Assembly: GCA_031370785.1 (NCBI GenBank)
Contig: JANMQY010000061.1
Span: forward strand, 1 to 64,000
Length of the DNA stretch: 64,000 bases
DNA from: Candidatus Eiseniibacteriota bacterium
GTDB taxonomy: Bacteria > Eisenbacteria > RBG-16-71-46
Direction: 5' to 3'
Position 1 is the stretch's first letter. Every line of letters begins with the position of its first letter. The position numbers and the translations under genes are program-made. Of this stretch, positions 9,622 to 18,500 are shown in pieces. Under the pieces are notes generated by a model. The model did no database searches. It was not told where the DNA came from and worked only from the letters and a program-made list of their open reading frames with translations.

Positions 9622-10371
9622 CTACGGCAGCGCCACCGCGTTGGCATCCATCGTCACTGCTCCGTTGCGCGCCAGGGCACGCCCCGACAGCGATGTGCCG
9701 CTGACGAGCGTGATGCTCGACAGCGCCACGATGTTGCCCCTGAACTGAGTGCCCGTGCCCAACGTCGCGCTGCTCCCGACCTGCCAGTAGACGTTGTTCG
9801 CGGCGGCGCTGCCGATGAGATTGACCTGTGCGTTGGTCGCAGTCGTCAGCGTGCTCCCGATCTGGAAGATGAAGACCGCGTTGGGGTCGCCCTGCGCATC
9901 GAGCGTGACGTTGCCGGTGAGCTGAGCCGACGACGCCCAGAAGTAGACACCGGGCTGGAAGGTGCGACCCCCCAGGTTGATGCCGGTCATGGTGGCGTTA
10001 CGTGCCCGGCCGGCCAGATCGTTGTACGCGATGGTGAGATCGGCCTGAGCGGCCGCCGCGGCGGCATCGTTGACGTGAATCGTTCCTCCGGTCGGCTGAC
10101 CTGCCGGAATGCCGGTGATCGACGACCCGGGACTGACGCCGACGTCGCCGACGATGGTGGTGGTCGCGCCCGTGTTGGTCACGGTCGAGCCCCCCAGGAT
10201 CACGAAGGTGGACGCGGTGCCGAGTGCCGAGGGAGCCGGACCGCCTCCGGGAGGCGCTCCCGGTACCACGCATACTTTGGTGGGCGAATGGCAGCCGCAC
10301 ATTGCCGCGATCAGCGCGGCAGCCGACAGAATGGCGGCGAGCCGAGCGTGGCTTCGTTGAAGAGTTCGCAT
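9622..10371 (-). CDS. Ice-binding (DUF3494) family protein, probable lipoprotein
   Basis: LGTASTFVILGGSTVTNTG, GDVGVSPGSSITG, AVFIFQIGSTLTT, NVYWQVGSSATLG, GRALARNGAVT; signal peptide ending AAMCGC. Confidence 0.88.
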   Translation of the reverse strand: MRTLQRSHARLAAILSAAALIAAMCGCHSPTKVCVVPGAPPGGGPAPSALGTASTFVILGGSTVTNTGATTTIVGDVGVSPGSSITGIPAGQPTGGTIHVNDAAAAAAQADLTIAYNDLAGRARNATMTGINLGGRTFQPGVYFWASSAQLTGNVTLDAQGDPNAVFIFQIGSTLTTATNAQVNLIGSAAANNVYWQVGSSATLGTGTQFRGNIVALSSITLVSGTSLSGRALARNGAVTMDANAVALP

Positions 10372-10491
10372 TGTGGCCCCTCCTTATATGTGAGACCAGA
10401 ACCGTGGGTTCGTTTCGTCTCGGGCTCGGGCAGCGCCCCCTTGCCGCGGAGCTCTGTCGGGTCCGTCCCGCGAGTCCGCGCCGGCGGATGG

Positions 10492-10511
10492 CGGGCAGCC
10501 GTGGCTGCCCG
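10492..10511 (-). terminator. Stem-loop downstream of the OmpA gene
   Basis: CGGGCAGCC-gt-GGCTGCCCG. Confidence 0.4.
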
Positions 10512-10531
10512 GTCATACGCCGGCGCCCGAC

Positions 10532-11962
10532 TCAGCGCTTGATCTGCTGCAGAACCTCCTTGTTCAGCACCGTGAATTCGACCCGACGGTTCTGGGCCAT
10601 GTTCTCGGGGCTGGTGTTCGGCACCAGCGGCTTCGACTCGCCGTAGCCCTTGGCGATGAGCTGCGTCGCCTGGAGCTTCGGGAAGTGCTGCAGCAGGTAG
10701 GCACGTACCGAAGCCACTCGCCGACGGCTGAGCGCCAGGTTGTACGCATCGCTGCCACGCGAATCGCAGTGACCGCCGATTTCGATCTTGAGCTGCGGCC
10801 ACTTACTCAGCACCTCGCCGACCACGTCGAGCGTGTGGCGGAACTCGGGCAGAATGTTGGCCTTCGCAGTCTCGAACTTGACGTCCTGCAGACGGATCAT
10901 GCCGGTGTCGAGCAGCTCCATCTCGCGCTGCCGGACTTCAGTCAGCTGGCAGCCGTCCGAATCCACCTTGGTGCCGAGCGGCGTGTCCGGGCATTTGTCG
11001 AGCCCGTCGCATACGCCGTCGCCGTCGGTATCGACCGGGCAACCGTTCACGTCCACCTTGCAGCCCTGCGGAGTGTTCGGGCAGGTATCCACACCGTCGC
11101 ACACGCCGTCCCCGTCCGAATCGATCGGGCAGCCGCGCTCGTCCACGGTGCATCCCCTTGGCGTATCGGGGCACTGGTCGATGCCGTCCCAGACGCGGTC
11201 GCCGTCGGAGTCGTTCGGGCAACCCTTCGCGTCGACGGTCGCGCCGCGCGGAGTATTGGCGCACTGGTCCAGCCCATCGCAGACGCCGTCGCCATCCGAG
11301 TCGGTCGGACAGCCGTTCGCGTCCACCGTGCATCCGTGCGGCGTGTCGGGGCACTTGTCGAGCTTGTCGGGGACGCCGTCCCCATCGCTGTCTTCGTCCC
11401 TGCCGCCGAATGCGAAAACCAGTCCGGCGCCGGCGATGACATTGTTGATGTGGGCTTTCGAGTAGTTCTTCTTCGGGATGAGGAGCACGTCACGTGCTTC
11501 GAGTCTCAACCCGATCGCATTCGTGACCTTGACCTTCAATCCGACCGCGCCTTCAAAGGCGCCGTCCTTGTCGTCCGCGCTCCACCGCGGCACGAACTTC
11601 GAGACGCCGCCGCCCAACGAGATGAACGGATTGATCGCCCGGGGCTTGGAGGAGACCAGCATCAGGTTGGCCGACAGATGGGTCCAGCTCGCATCCGCGC
11701 CGCATGACTTGGTCTGGGTGTATCCGCCCGCGAAATCGAGCCAGAGCGGGCTTGCCAGCCTCACTCCGAGCCGGCCGCCGACGTAGAGATCGTCGTTGAG
11801 CGTCAGTCCGCTCGCCGCCTTGAGTTCGTCGTCGAAGAACGTCCAGCCTCCGAACGGAACCAGGTTGAAGCGTTTCTCTTGGAAGTCCGATGCGACCGCC
11901 ACCTGTGAAAGCAGCGACGCAGTCAGGACGATCAGCGGAAGCCATACTCGTTGGCGCATCAT
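10532..11962 (-). CDS. OmpA-family outer membrane protein: beta-barrel, thrombospondin type-3 repeats, OmpA C-terminal domain
   Basis: Signal peptide; barrel-like strands; 5 DxDGDGVxD repeats; IGGHCDSRGSDAYNLALSRRR, GYGESKP, NRRVEF; GGAGG RBS. Confidence 0.92.
   Translation of the reverse strand: MMRQRVWLPLIVLTASLLSQVAVASDFQEKRFNLVPFGGWTFFDDELKAASGLTLNDDLYVGGRLGVRLASPLWLDFAGGYTQTKSCGADASWTHLSANLMLVSSKPRAINPFISLGGGVSKFVPRWSADDKDGAFEGAVGLKVKVTNAIGLRLEARDVLLIPKKNYSKAHINNVIAGAGLVFAFGGRDEDSDGDGVPDKLDKCPDTPHGCTVDANGCPTDSDGDGVCDGLDQCANTPRGATVDAKGCPNDSDGDRVWDGIDQCPDTPRGCTVDERGCPIDSDGDGVCDGVDTCPNTPQGCKVDVNGCPVDTDGDGVCDGLDKCPDTPLGTKVDSDGCQLTEVRQREMELLDTGMIRLQDVKFETAKANILPEFRHTLDVVGEVLSKWPQLKIEIGGHCDSRGSDAYNLALSRRRVASVRAYLLQHFPKLQATQLIAKGYGESKPLVPNTSPENMAQNRRVEFTVLNKEVLQQIKR
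10946..11395 (-). repeat. Five tandem 90-bp (30-aa) TSP3-like Ca-binding repeats
   Basis: xD(S/T)DGDxVxDxxDxCxxTPxGxxVDxxGC repeated five times within OmpA. Confidence 0.9.
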
Positions 11963-12216
11963 TGAAATCCTCCGATCCGTGAAGGCGAAGACTCCGATCC
12001 AGGGGCGGAGTCCATGCCCATTCCCTTCATCATCCGGAGCACGGACTTCGCGGCCGGCCGGCGGTATCAAGGGTCCTCTTTGAACTGGTGGTTACACTTC
12101 GCTGGGCCTGGTACTGCGAGACGAGGGCAAGTGTCCCGTTCGCTCCGGCTCGAGGTATGACGCGGGGTGTTGAAGCGGCAGGAAGGCCGGATTGCTCAGA
12201 AGTAATCGCGATCTTA

Positions 12217-12930
12217 TCACGGAACCGTCGTTGCGGAGACTGGGCCCTGCGCGGAATGCGCGGGCGGGCGTCGCGACGGCTCGAGACTGTTCCGAATGGT
12301 TCCCAGAGCGCCGGACGATTTATTCGTGACCGGGTCGACCAGCGTCGCCCGCACGACGAATCGTTTCGGGGCCGGTCCGACCCAGTGGAACGGATAGCAG
12401 GTGACCAGGGTCAGCGACTGCGCGTCGGTCGGGGCGAGCAGGTCGACGCGGCGCGGATCGACCACGGCGTTCCACGCGACCCGATAGGTATAGGTTCTCT
12501 CGACAGTCTGGATGCGGATGAGGTCGTCGTTGCGCACCGCACCGAGGCCGCGGAAGAACGTGTCGCGGTGACCTGCGAGCGCGACGTTCCCGGGCTGTCC
12601 CGGCTGGGCGGTCGATGGGATGTGTCCGACCGCACGCTCGAGAACCTTGCGATCCACACCCTGGTCGATCATCGCCGAGATCCCGAGCCGCGGGATCTCG
12701 ATCCTGCCAATGCCCGACGGAACGCCTGGAGACTCGATCCGGTTCTGCGACTTGCCGGCGCTCGAGATCTCGCTGTCGTCTGCCTCCTGCACCGCAGTGT
12801 CGAACGCCCGGGATTGCGCGGATTGGAAGGCGTGCGCCTCGCTGTAGCTCTTGAGCCACATTCCGACGAGAACCAGCCCGAGCAACATGAGCCCGCTGTC
12901 GACCCAGCGAAGCGACGGGCGCAGGACCAT
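12217..12930 (-). CDS. Sortase (class D-like)
   Basis: N-terminal TM, GRIEIPRLG, GNVALAGHRDTFFR, LTLVTCYPF...PKRFVVRA (His/Cys/Arg triad). Confidence 0.92.
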   Translation of the reverse strand: MVLRPSLRWVDSGLMLLGLVLVGMWLKSYSEAHAFQSAQSRAFDTAVQEADDSEISSAGKSQNRIESPGVPSGIGRIEIPRLGISAMIDQGVDRKVLERAVGHIPSTAQPGQPGNVALAGHRDTFFRGLGAVRNDDLIRIQTVERTYTYRVAWNAVVDPRRVDLLAPTDAQSLTLVTCYPFHWVGPAPKRFVVRATLVDPVTNKSSGALGTIRNSLEPSRRPPAHSAQGPVSATTVP

Positions 12931-12940
12931 CACGTGGCTC

Positions 12941-13246
12941 CTAGTCCCGTGCGGGATCCGACCGGGCACTCGCCGCGGTCTGGCCCGCCGAATTGGAATG
13001 GAACAGTCTGCCGATGCCGGCGGGAATCTCCGCCAGGACGCCGGGGTGACCACCGAGGAAACGCTTGCCAATCTCGCGGGTCCGGGCGGGCTCGGCGAAT
13101 TCACGCGGCTCGACCGGCGCGTAGGTGATCAGCGACTTGTCGCGCCGTGCCAGCGCACGGAGCAGACCGAGCGCGATGATCACGCTCAGGATCCAGACCA
13201 CGTTGCAGATCGCGATGACAAGTACGCTCACTGAACCGAGTGTCAT
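12941..13246 (-). CDS. Small membrane protein, hypothetical
   Basis: GAAGGA RBS; N-terminal hydrophobic helix; packed between the substrate and sortase genes. Confidence 0.5.
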   Translation of the reverse strand: MTLGSVSVLVIAICNVVWILSVIIALGLLRALARRDKSLITYAPVEPREFAEPARTREIGKRFLGGHPGVLAEIPAGIGRLFHSNSAGQTAASARSDPARD

Positions 13247-13274
13247 GGTGTCCTTCTCTGCCGATCTGGTTCGA

Positions 13275-13883
13275 TCAGTGTCGTGGACGGCGCAGCTGCA
13301 CGAGTACGCCCGAGGCTCCGAGCGCAATCAGGCCCAGCAGGCCGATCAGCGACTGGTCGCCGGCCGTCTGCGGGAGCATGTCGTCGTAGTTGGTGGCCAT
13401 CCGGGAGCGCTGCTCATCACCTGAGATCAGCGCGCTCCGGCTGGTGGCTTCGTGGTCACGGTTGTATTCGGAAGCGCGGTAGCGACGCTCGTAGACGGGC
13501 CGCGCTGAAATCCTGCGCTCTGCGGAGGACGTCTCGTACCGGTCGGACCGATATGCGGCACCAGTTTCATCCTCGCCGTCCCGGATCGGAACCACACGGG
13601 AAACGTAGTAGCGGCCGTCCTCCATGACCTTGAACTCGGCGCGCATCACCATGCCGGGCTCGAGGTCGATGGGCAGCATCGTGCGCGAATCCATCATCAG
13701 CGTGACCTGCTCGTTCTGATCCGTGTCGACGATGAGCTTGCGATCCCCGACCGCGACCACCGTCCCGACGATCATCGGCTCCGTCCGGAGCACGTGCTCG
13801 CTGGTGCTCGGGATGGACGCGAATGCCGTCCCCGAACACAGCGCCAGCATCGTGACTACCAGGCGAAACAGACGTCTCTTCAT
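13275..13883 (-). CDS. Secreted protein with sortase sorting signal LPQTA
   Basis: Signal peptide; OB-fold-like GTVVAV segment; C-terminus LPQTAGDQSLIGLLGLIALGASGVLVQLRRPRH (motif, TM, basic tail). Confidence 0.85.
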   Translation of the reverse strand: MKRRLFRLVVTMLALCSGTAFASIPSTSEHVLRTEPMIVGTVVAVGDRKLIVDTDQNEQVTLMMDSRTMLPIDLEPGMVMRAEFKVMEDGRYYVSRVVPIRDGEDETGAAYRSDRYETSSAERRISARPVYERRYRASEYNRDHEATSRSALISGDEQRSRMATNYDDMLPQTAGDQSLIGLLGLIALGASGVLVQLRRPRH

Positions 13884-13939
13884 CGCTGATTCCTCTCGAC
13901 TTCCTGGCGCCCGAAGCGGGCCGCCTGTCAACGGAGCGC

Positions 13940-14155
13940 CTAGTGATCCTGGCGCGCCGGTGGGACCGAGCTCTCCGTGTTTTCCCCCGCGCCGGGCTCG
14001 ACCAGCTGCGGGGCGCTGACGGCGATCACTGCCAGGCCGTCCGAAGGCACCGTCCCCGCGCTCGGCATCGGGTGACGACCCGAGATCGCAATCAGCAGCG
14101 CAATGAACGGGAGAAGGACTAGGAATCCGGTGAGCAGTGATCGGAACGAAACCAT
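13940..14155 (-). CDS. Small membrane-anchored hypothetical protein
   Basis: GGAG RBS, hydrophobic N-terminus, first ORF after the sigma54 motif at 14229-14243. Confidence 0.45.
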   Translation of the reverse strand: MVSFRSLLTGFLVLLPFIALLIAISGRHPMPSAGTVPSDGLAVIAVSAPQLVEPGAGENTESSVPPARQDH

Positions 14156-14228
14156 CTGAAAACTCCGAACTCGAGTGATTTGAGCCTTGATACTCACGCC
14201 GCAGCGAAGCCGGCGGCCTGCCGGGTAC

Positions 14229-14243
14229 GCGAGATTGATGCCA
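14229..14243 (-). promoter_or_regulatory. sigma54 -24/-12 promoter for the sortase/substrate operon
   Basis: Minus strand TGGCATCAATCTCGC; identical to 14984-14998. Confidence 0.7.
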
Positions 14244-14346
14244 GCACGCGGAGCCGACGTCGCGTTCGCTCAGAGTGTGTTGCCACCAGTGGAACTAGCC
14301 CCGCCGAATCGAAGCGAATCGACGATTCGAGGAGGGGCAAATGGGG

Positions 14347-14378
14347 GGTAGATTCTTCAAAGTGGGGAAGATTCTGCA
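14347..14378. promoter_or_regulatory. Tandem UAS candidate
   Basis: GGTAGATTCTTCA and GGAAGATTCTGCA, 19-bp period, 104 bp from the promoter; mirrored at 15102-15133. Confidence 0.6.
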
Positions 14379-14527
14379 AAGAAGTCCTGACATGAATCAG
14401 GGCGTGTGGGGAGGGGAATACGGACATGGACGGAATCGACTCTTCGTGCCGAAACGCCGAGCGGCGATGGAGCCTTGGCTCCATCGCCGCTCGCGCGGAA
14501 TCCGCCGGTCGTGGGGAACTCCCGACG

Positions 14528-14857
14528 TCAGGACTTCCGGCGGCGAGTGCGGCTGGCTCCACCGAATGCGAGGAGGCTCAGCGACACGAGGGTAAGCATC
14601 CCGGGTTCCGGGACGGCGTTCACCGGATTGCCAGGATTGCCCGGTGTAGGATTCGGGTCATGGGACCCGGTAGGAACTCCGGCAGGCGGCAGATTCCCGG
14701 CATCGCCCGCAGGCTTGGGCCGGGTGTCGATCAGCCACTTGTCCGAGGGAAGATGGCCAAGCTGAACGTAAGCTCCCGCTGCGAGCGGAACCACCAGCAT
14801 CGCCAGTGCGCAGATACCGACGCAGATGGACAACCTCGATCTCAATTTCATGTTCAT
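14528..14857 (-). CDS. Small PEP-CTERM protein
   Basis: Signal peptide, Pro/Gly/Asn-rich linker, AVPEPGMLTLVSLSLLAFGGASRTRRRKS; GAAGGAG RBS. Confidence 0.85.
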   Translation of the reverse strand: MNMKLRSRLSICVGICALAMLVVPLAAGAYVQLGHLPSDKWLIDTRPKPAGDAGNLPPAGVPTGSHDPNPTPGNPGNPVNAVPEPGMLTLVSLSLLAFGGASRTRRRKS

Positions 14858-14983
14858 GGCTCCTTCGATTACGGCAGCCCGCACCACTCGCATCGGATGA
14901 ATTGCTGCCCACTTCTGCCCGCATCTCGGTCGCGTCGGGGGTTTTCGCTATGCGAGAACGTCCCGGCGCCGAGCGAAGGATAC

Positions 14984-14998
14984 GCGAGATTGATGCCA
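14984..14998 (-). promoter_or_regulatory. sigma54 -24/-12 promoter for the PEP-CTERM gene
   Basis: Minus strand TGGCATCAATCTCGC. Confidence 0.7.
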
Positions 14999-15101
14999 AC
15001 ACCCTTGGCCGTGCCGCAAATGTCGCCGAGCGCGTTGCCGAGGAATGGACTACAGTGCCAGGCGAGCGAGCGTTCACGTGACGAATCGCCCACGAAACAG
15101 G

Positions 15102-15133
15102 GGTAGATTGTTCAATCCGAAGCAGAATGTTCA
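15102..15133. promoter_or_regulatory. Tandem UAS candidate
   Basis: GGTAGATTGTTCA and AGCAGAATGTTCA, 19-bp period, 104 bp from the promoter. Confidence 0.6.
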
Positions 15134-15530
15134 ATGGGACCAATCGCGGGCGTCCTCGAGCGAAGCTCGATATCACAGCGAACGCACGCCGGCGTGCAAC
15201 GAGAAGCATTTCGTATCGATTGGCAGCGGTCATTCGCTTCTTGCCGCTTTCCGCACCGATTGGAGGCGGAACTCGTCCTGATGTCGGGTCCGCGATTTCT
15301 CGAAATTATCAGAGCACACGTTTCCTTGACGCGTTCACCATGTGAAGCTGGTACTTCATCGTTACCGGGCGAAACCGGCCGCCGGCCACCCGGAACATGT
15401 CTTGCTCCATCGGCCATTCGCGCCCGCGGAAACTCGACCGGCACTCTCCAGCGTGGGCCGCGCGAAACACACCCGACACCCTTCGGGACTTTCAGATCAT
15501 GATCGCCTCCTGGTGAGGCAAAGGAGCCCC

Positions 15531-18500
15531 TTGGCGCAGATCGAAGCGCCGGAGCAGCGACCGCCTGCTTTCGACGGGCATGCCGTGAGCCCGGGCGAGG
15601 CTCTCGGTGCCGCTTCCTTCATCGATGAGCCGATTCGCGCAGAAATCTTCGGTGTCGAGCGGTTCGAGCAGCACGCCGAGTCTCTCGCTGCAGCGCAGGT
15701 CGTTTCCGATTCGACGCGTGGCCGCCCGCTCTCGCCGCGTGTTCTGGAGAATGGCCGCGTCCTGCTGCAGTGCTACCGCACGATTGCGCTCGCGATCCGG
15801 CAGAAGCAGTCGATCACGCCGGCCGCGGAATGGCTCGTTGACAACTTCCACGTGGTCGACGAGCAGATTCGCGAGATCCGCGACGATCTTCCGGCCGGCT
15901 TCTACCGGCAGCTGCCCAAGCTCGCTTCGGGACATCTGCAGGGCTATCCGCGGGTCTATGGCGTCGCGTGGGCGTTCATCGCGCACACCGACAGCCGATT
16001 CGATCCGGAGCTGCTGAGGCGTTTCGTCGCCGCCTACCAGCGCGTGCAGCCGCTGACCATCGGTGAGCTGTGGGCAGTGGCGATCACACTGCGCATGGTC
16101 CTGGTCGAGAATCTTCGCAGGATCGCAGAGCGGATCATCAGCAACCGCGCCGCGCGCGAGGAGGCCGATGCGCTTGCCGACAGCCTGCTGAGCGAAGACG
16201 AAGGGGCCACCGGACGCGCGACCGCCGCGCTCGAGCTGCTCGCGAAGACCCCGCTCGCGACCGCATTCGTGGTGCAGCTCATCCAGCGCCTGCGTGATCT
16301 GGATCCGAAGGTGCTCCCGATGCTGCACTGGCTCGACCAGCGCCTCGCCACCGAAGGGACCTCCGCCGACGACGTCGTTCGCGCCGAACACCAGCGGCAG
16401 GCCGGCTCGAGCGTGACCGTTCGCAACATCATCACCAGCATGCGATTGATGTCGGCCTTCGACTGGTCCGACTTCTTCGAGAGCGTGAGCCTGGTCGACG
16501 GCGTGCTCACCAGCGGCAGCGATTTCGCCTCGATGGATTTCGCGACCCGCGATCGCTATCGACACGCGATCGAAGAGCTGGCGCGAGGCTCCAGCCACAC
16601 CGAGCTCGAAGTTGCGCGCCGTTCGGTCGCGAACGCGGCGCGCGCACGCCTCGCGACCAATGGAGATGAGCCGGCCGATCCGGTCCGCCGCGGCGATCCG
16701 GGCTATTACCTGATCTCGCGCGGCCGCGCCTCGTTCGAGCGCGAGCTGGGATTCCGGGTCTCGGTGGGCGGCGCGCTGCTGCGCGCGTACGTTTGGGCCG
16801 CGGTCCCCGGCTATCTGGGCACGATCGTGCTCGGCACCGCCGCGATCATGGCGGTGCCACTGCTGCGTTGCCTCGATGAAGGCGTGCCCACCGCGAACCT
16901 CGTGCTGCTCGGCCTGCTGGTCGTGGTACCGGCGTCGGACCTGGCAATCGCGCTCCTCCATCACGTCGTGACCCAGCTGCTCGGACCCCGCCCTCTCCCG
17001 CGCCTCGAATTGCGCGAAGGCGTGCCGAAGGAGCTGAGGACGCTGGTCGTCATGCCCACCCTGCTGACCGGCCGCGCGACGATCGAGGAACAGGTCGAGC
17101 GGCTGGAAGTCCACTTTCTCGCCAATCCGGACGGGGACCTGCGCTTCGCGCTGCTGAGCGACTGGGCGGATGCGCCGAGCGAAACGCAGCCTGCGGATCA
17201 GGAGCTCCTCTCGATCGCGGCAGGCGGGATCGAACGGCTGAACGAGCGTCACGGCCCGGCGCCCGGCGGCGGCGAGCGCTTCCTGCTCTTCCATCGCCGG
17301 CGGGTGTGGAACGAGCGCGAGCGCAAGTGGATGGGCTGGGAGCGCAAGCGCGGGAAGCTCCGCGAGCTGAACCATCTGTTGCGTGGCTCGACCAACACCA
17401 CGTTCCTGCCGGTGGAAGGACGCCCTCCCGAGACCGCTCCCGATGTCCGCTACGTGATCACGCTCGATGCCGACACCCGCCTGCCGCGCGGCGCGGCGAT
17501 TCGCCTGATCGGAACCATGGCGCATCCGCTCAACCGACCGAGGTTCGACGAGCGCAACGGGTGCGTGGTCGAGGGCTACGCGATCGTGCAGCCGCGCATC
17601 ACTCCCGCGCTTCCAACCGACCACGAAGGCTCACTCTTCCAGAAGGCGTTCTCGGGACCGTGCGGGATGGATCCATACGCTTCGGCGGTTTCGGACGTGT
17701 ATCAGGATCTGTTCCAGGAGGGCTCGTATACCGGCAAGGGGATCTACGAGATCGACGCGTTCGAGGCCGCGCTCGGGTGCCGCGTGCCCGAGAACGCGAT
17801 GCTGAGTCACGATCTCTTCGAAGGAATCCTCGCCCGCGCCGCGCTGGCTTCGGACGTCGAGCTGTTCGAGGAGTATCCGGCCCATTTCGAGGCGGCGGCC
17901 GCGCGCCAGCACCGCTGGGCGCGTGGCGACTGGCAGCTCCTTCCGTGGATCCTGCGGAGCGCGCCATCGACCGCGGGAGACCGAGCCCCTTCGGCCATCT
18001 CCGTGATCGGGCGCTGGAAGATGCTCGACAACCTGCGCCGCTCGCTCTCGGCCCCCACCGCGTTCCTGACCCTGATCGCCGGATGGTTCCTGGTGCCGAG
18101 CACCGCGATGGTGTGGACCGGATTCATTCTCACCACGATCGCGGTGCCGGCACTGCTCGCGTTCATGGCCGGGCTCGAGCCGCGTCGTTCCGGCATCTCG
18201 CTGCGCAGCCACTTTCGCGGGGTGCTGTCCGACCTGGCGATCGGGGTATCGCAGTTCGCCCTGAGCGTCACGTTCCTCGCGCACCAGTCGTGGCTGATGC
18301 TCGACGCGATCCTGCGCACACTGGTCCGCCTTTTCATCACCAGGCGCTCCCTGCTCGAGTGGGTGACGGCAGCGCAGTCCACCTACGCCGGAGAATTCGA
18401 CCTCGCCGGGTTCTACCGGCGCATGGCTGGCGGCGTCGCGCTGGGTGCGGCCGCGGGAGTCGCGCTGGTCCTCGAACGTCCCTCCGTCTGGCCGGTGGTC

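Noticed and set aside
10946..11395. 90-bp periodic repeat considered as a CRISPR-like array
   Set aside because: In-frame degenerate protein repeats with no unique spacers and no cas genes
12005..12020. Minus-strand GGGCATGGACTCCGC (GG-N10-GC) upstream of ompA
   Set aside because: Poor match at both elements; GG-N10-GC alone is common at this GC content
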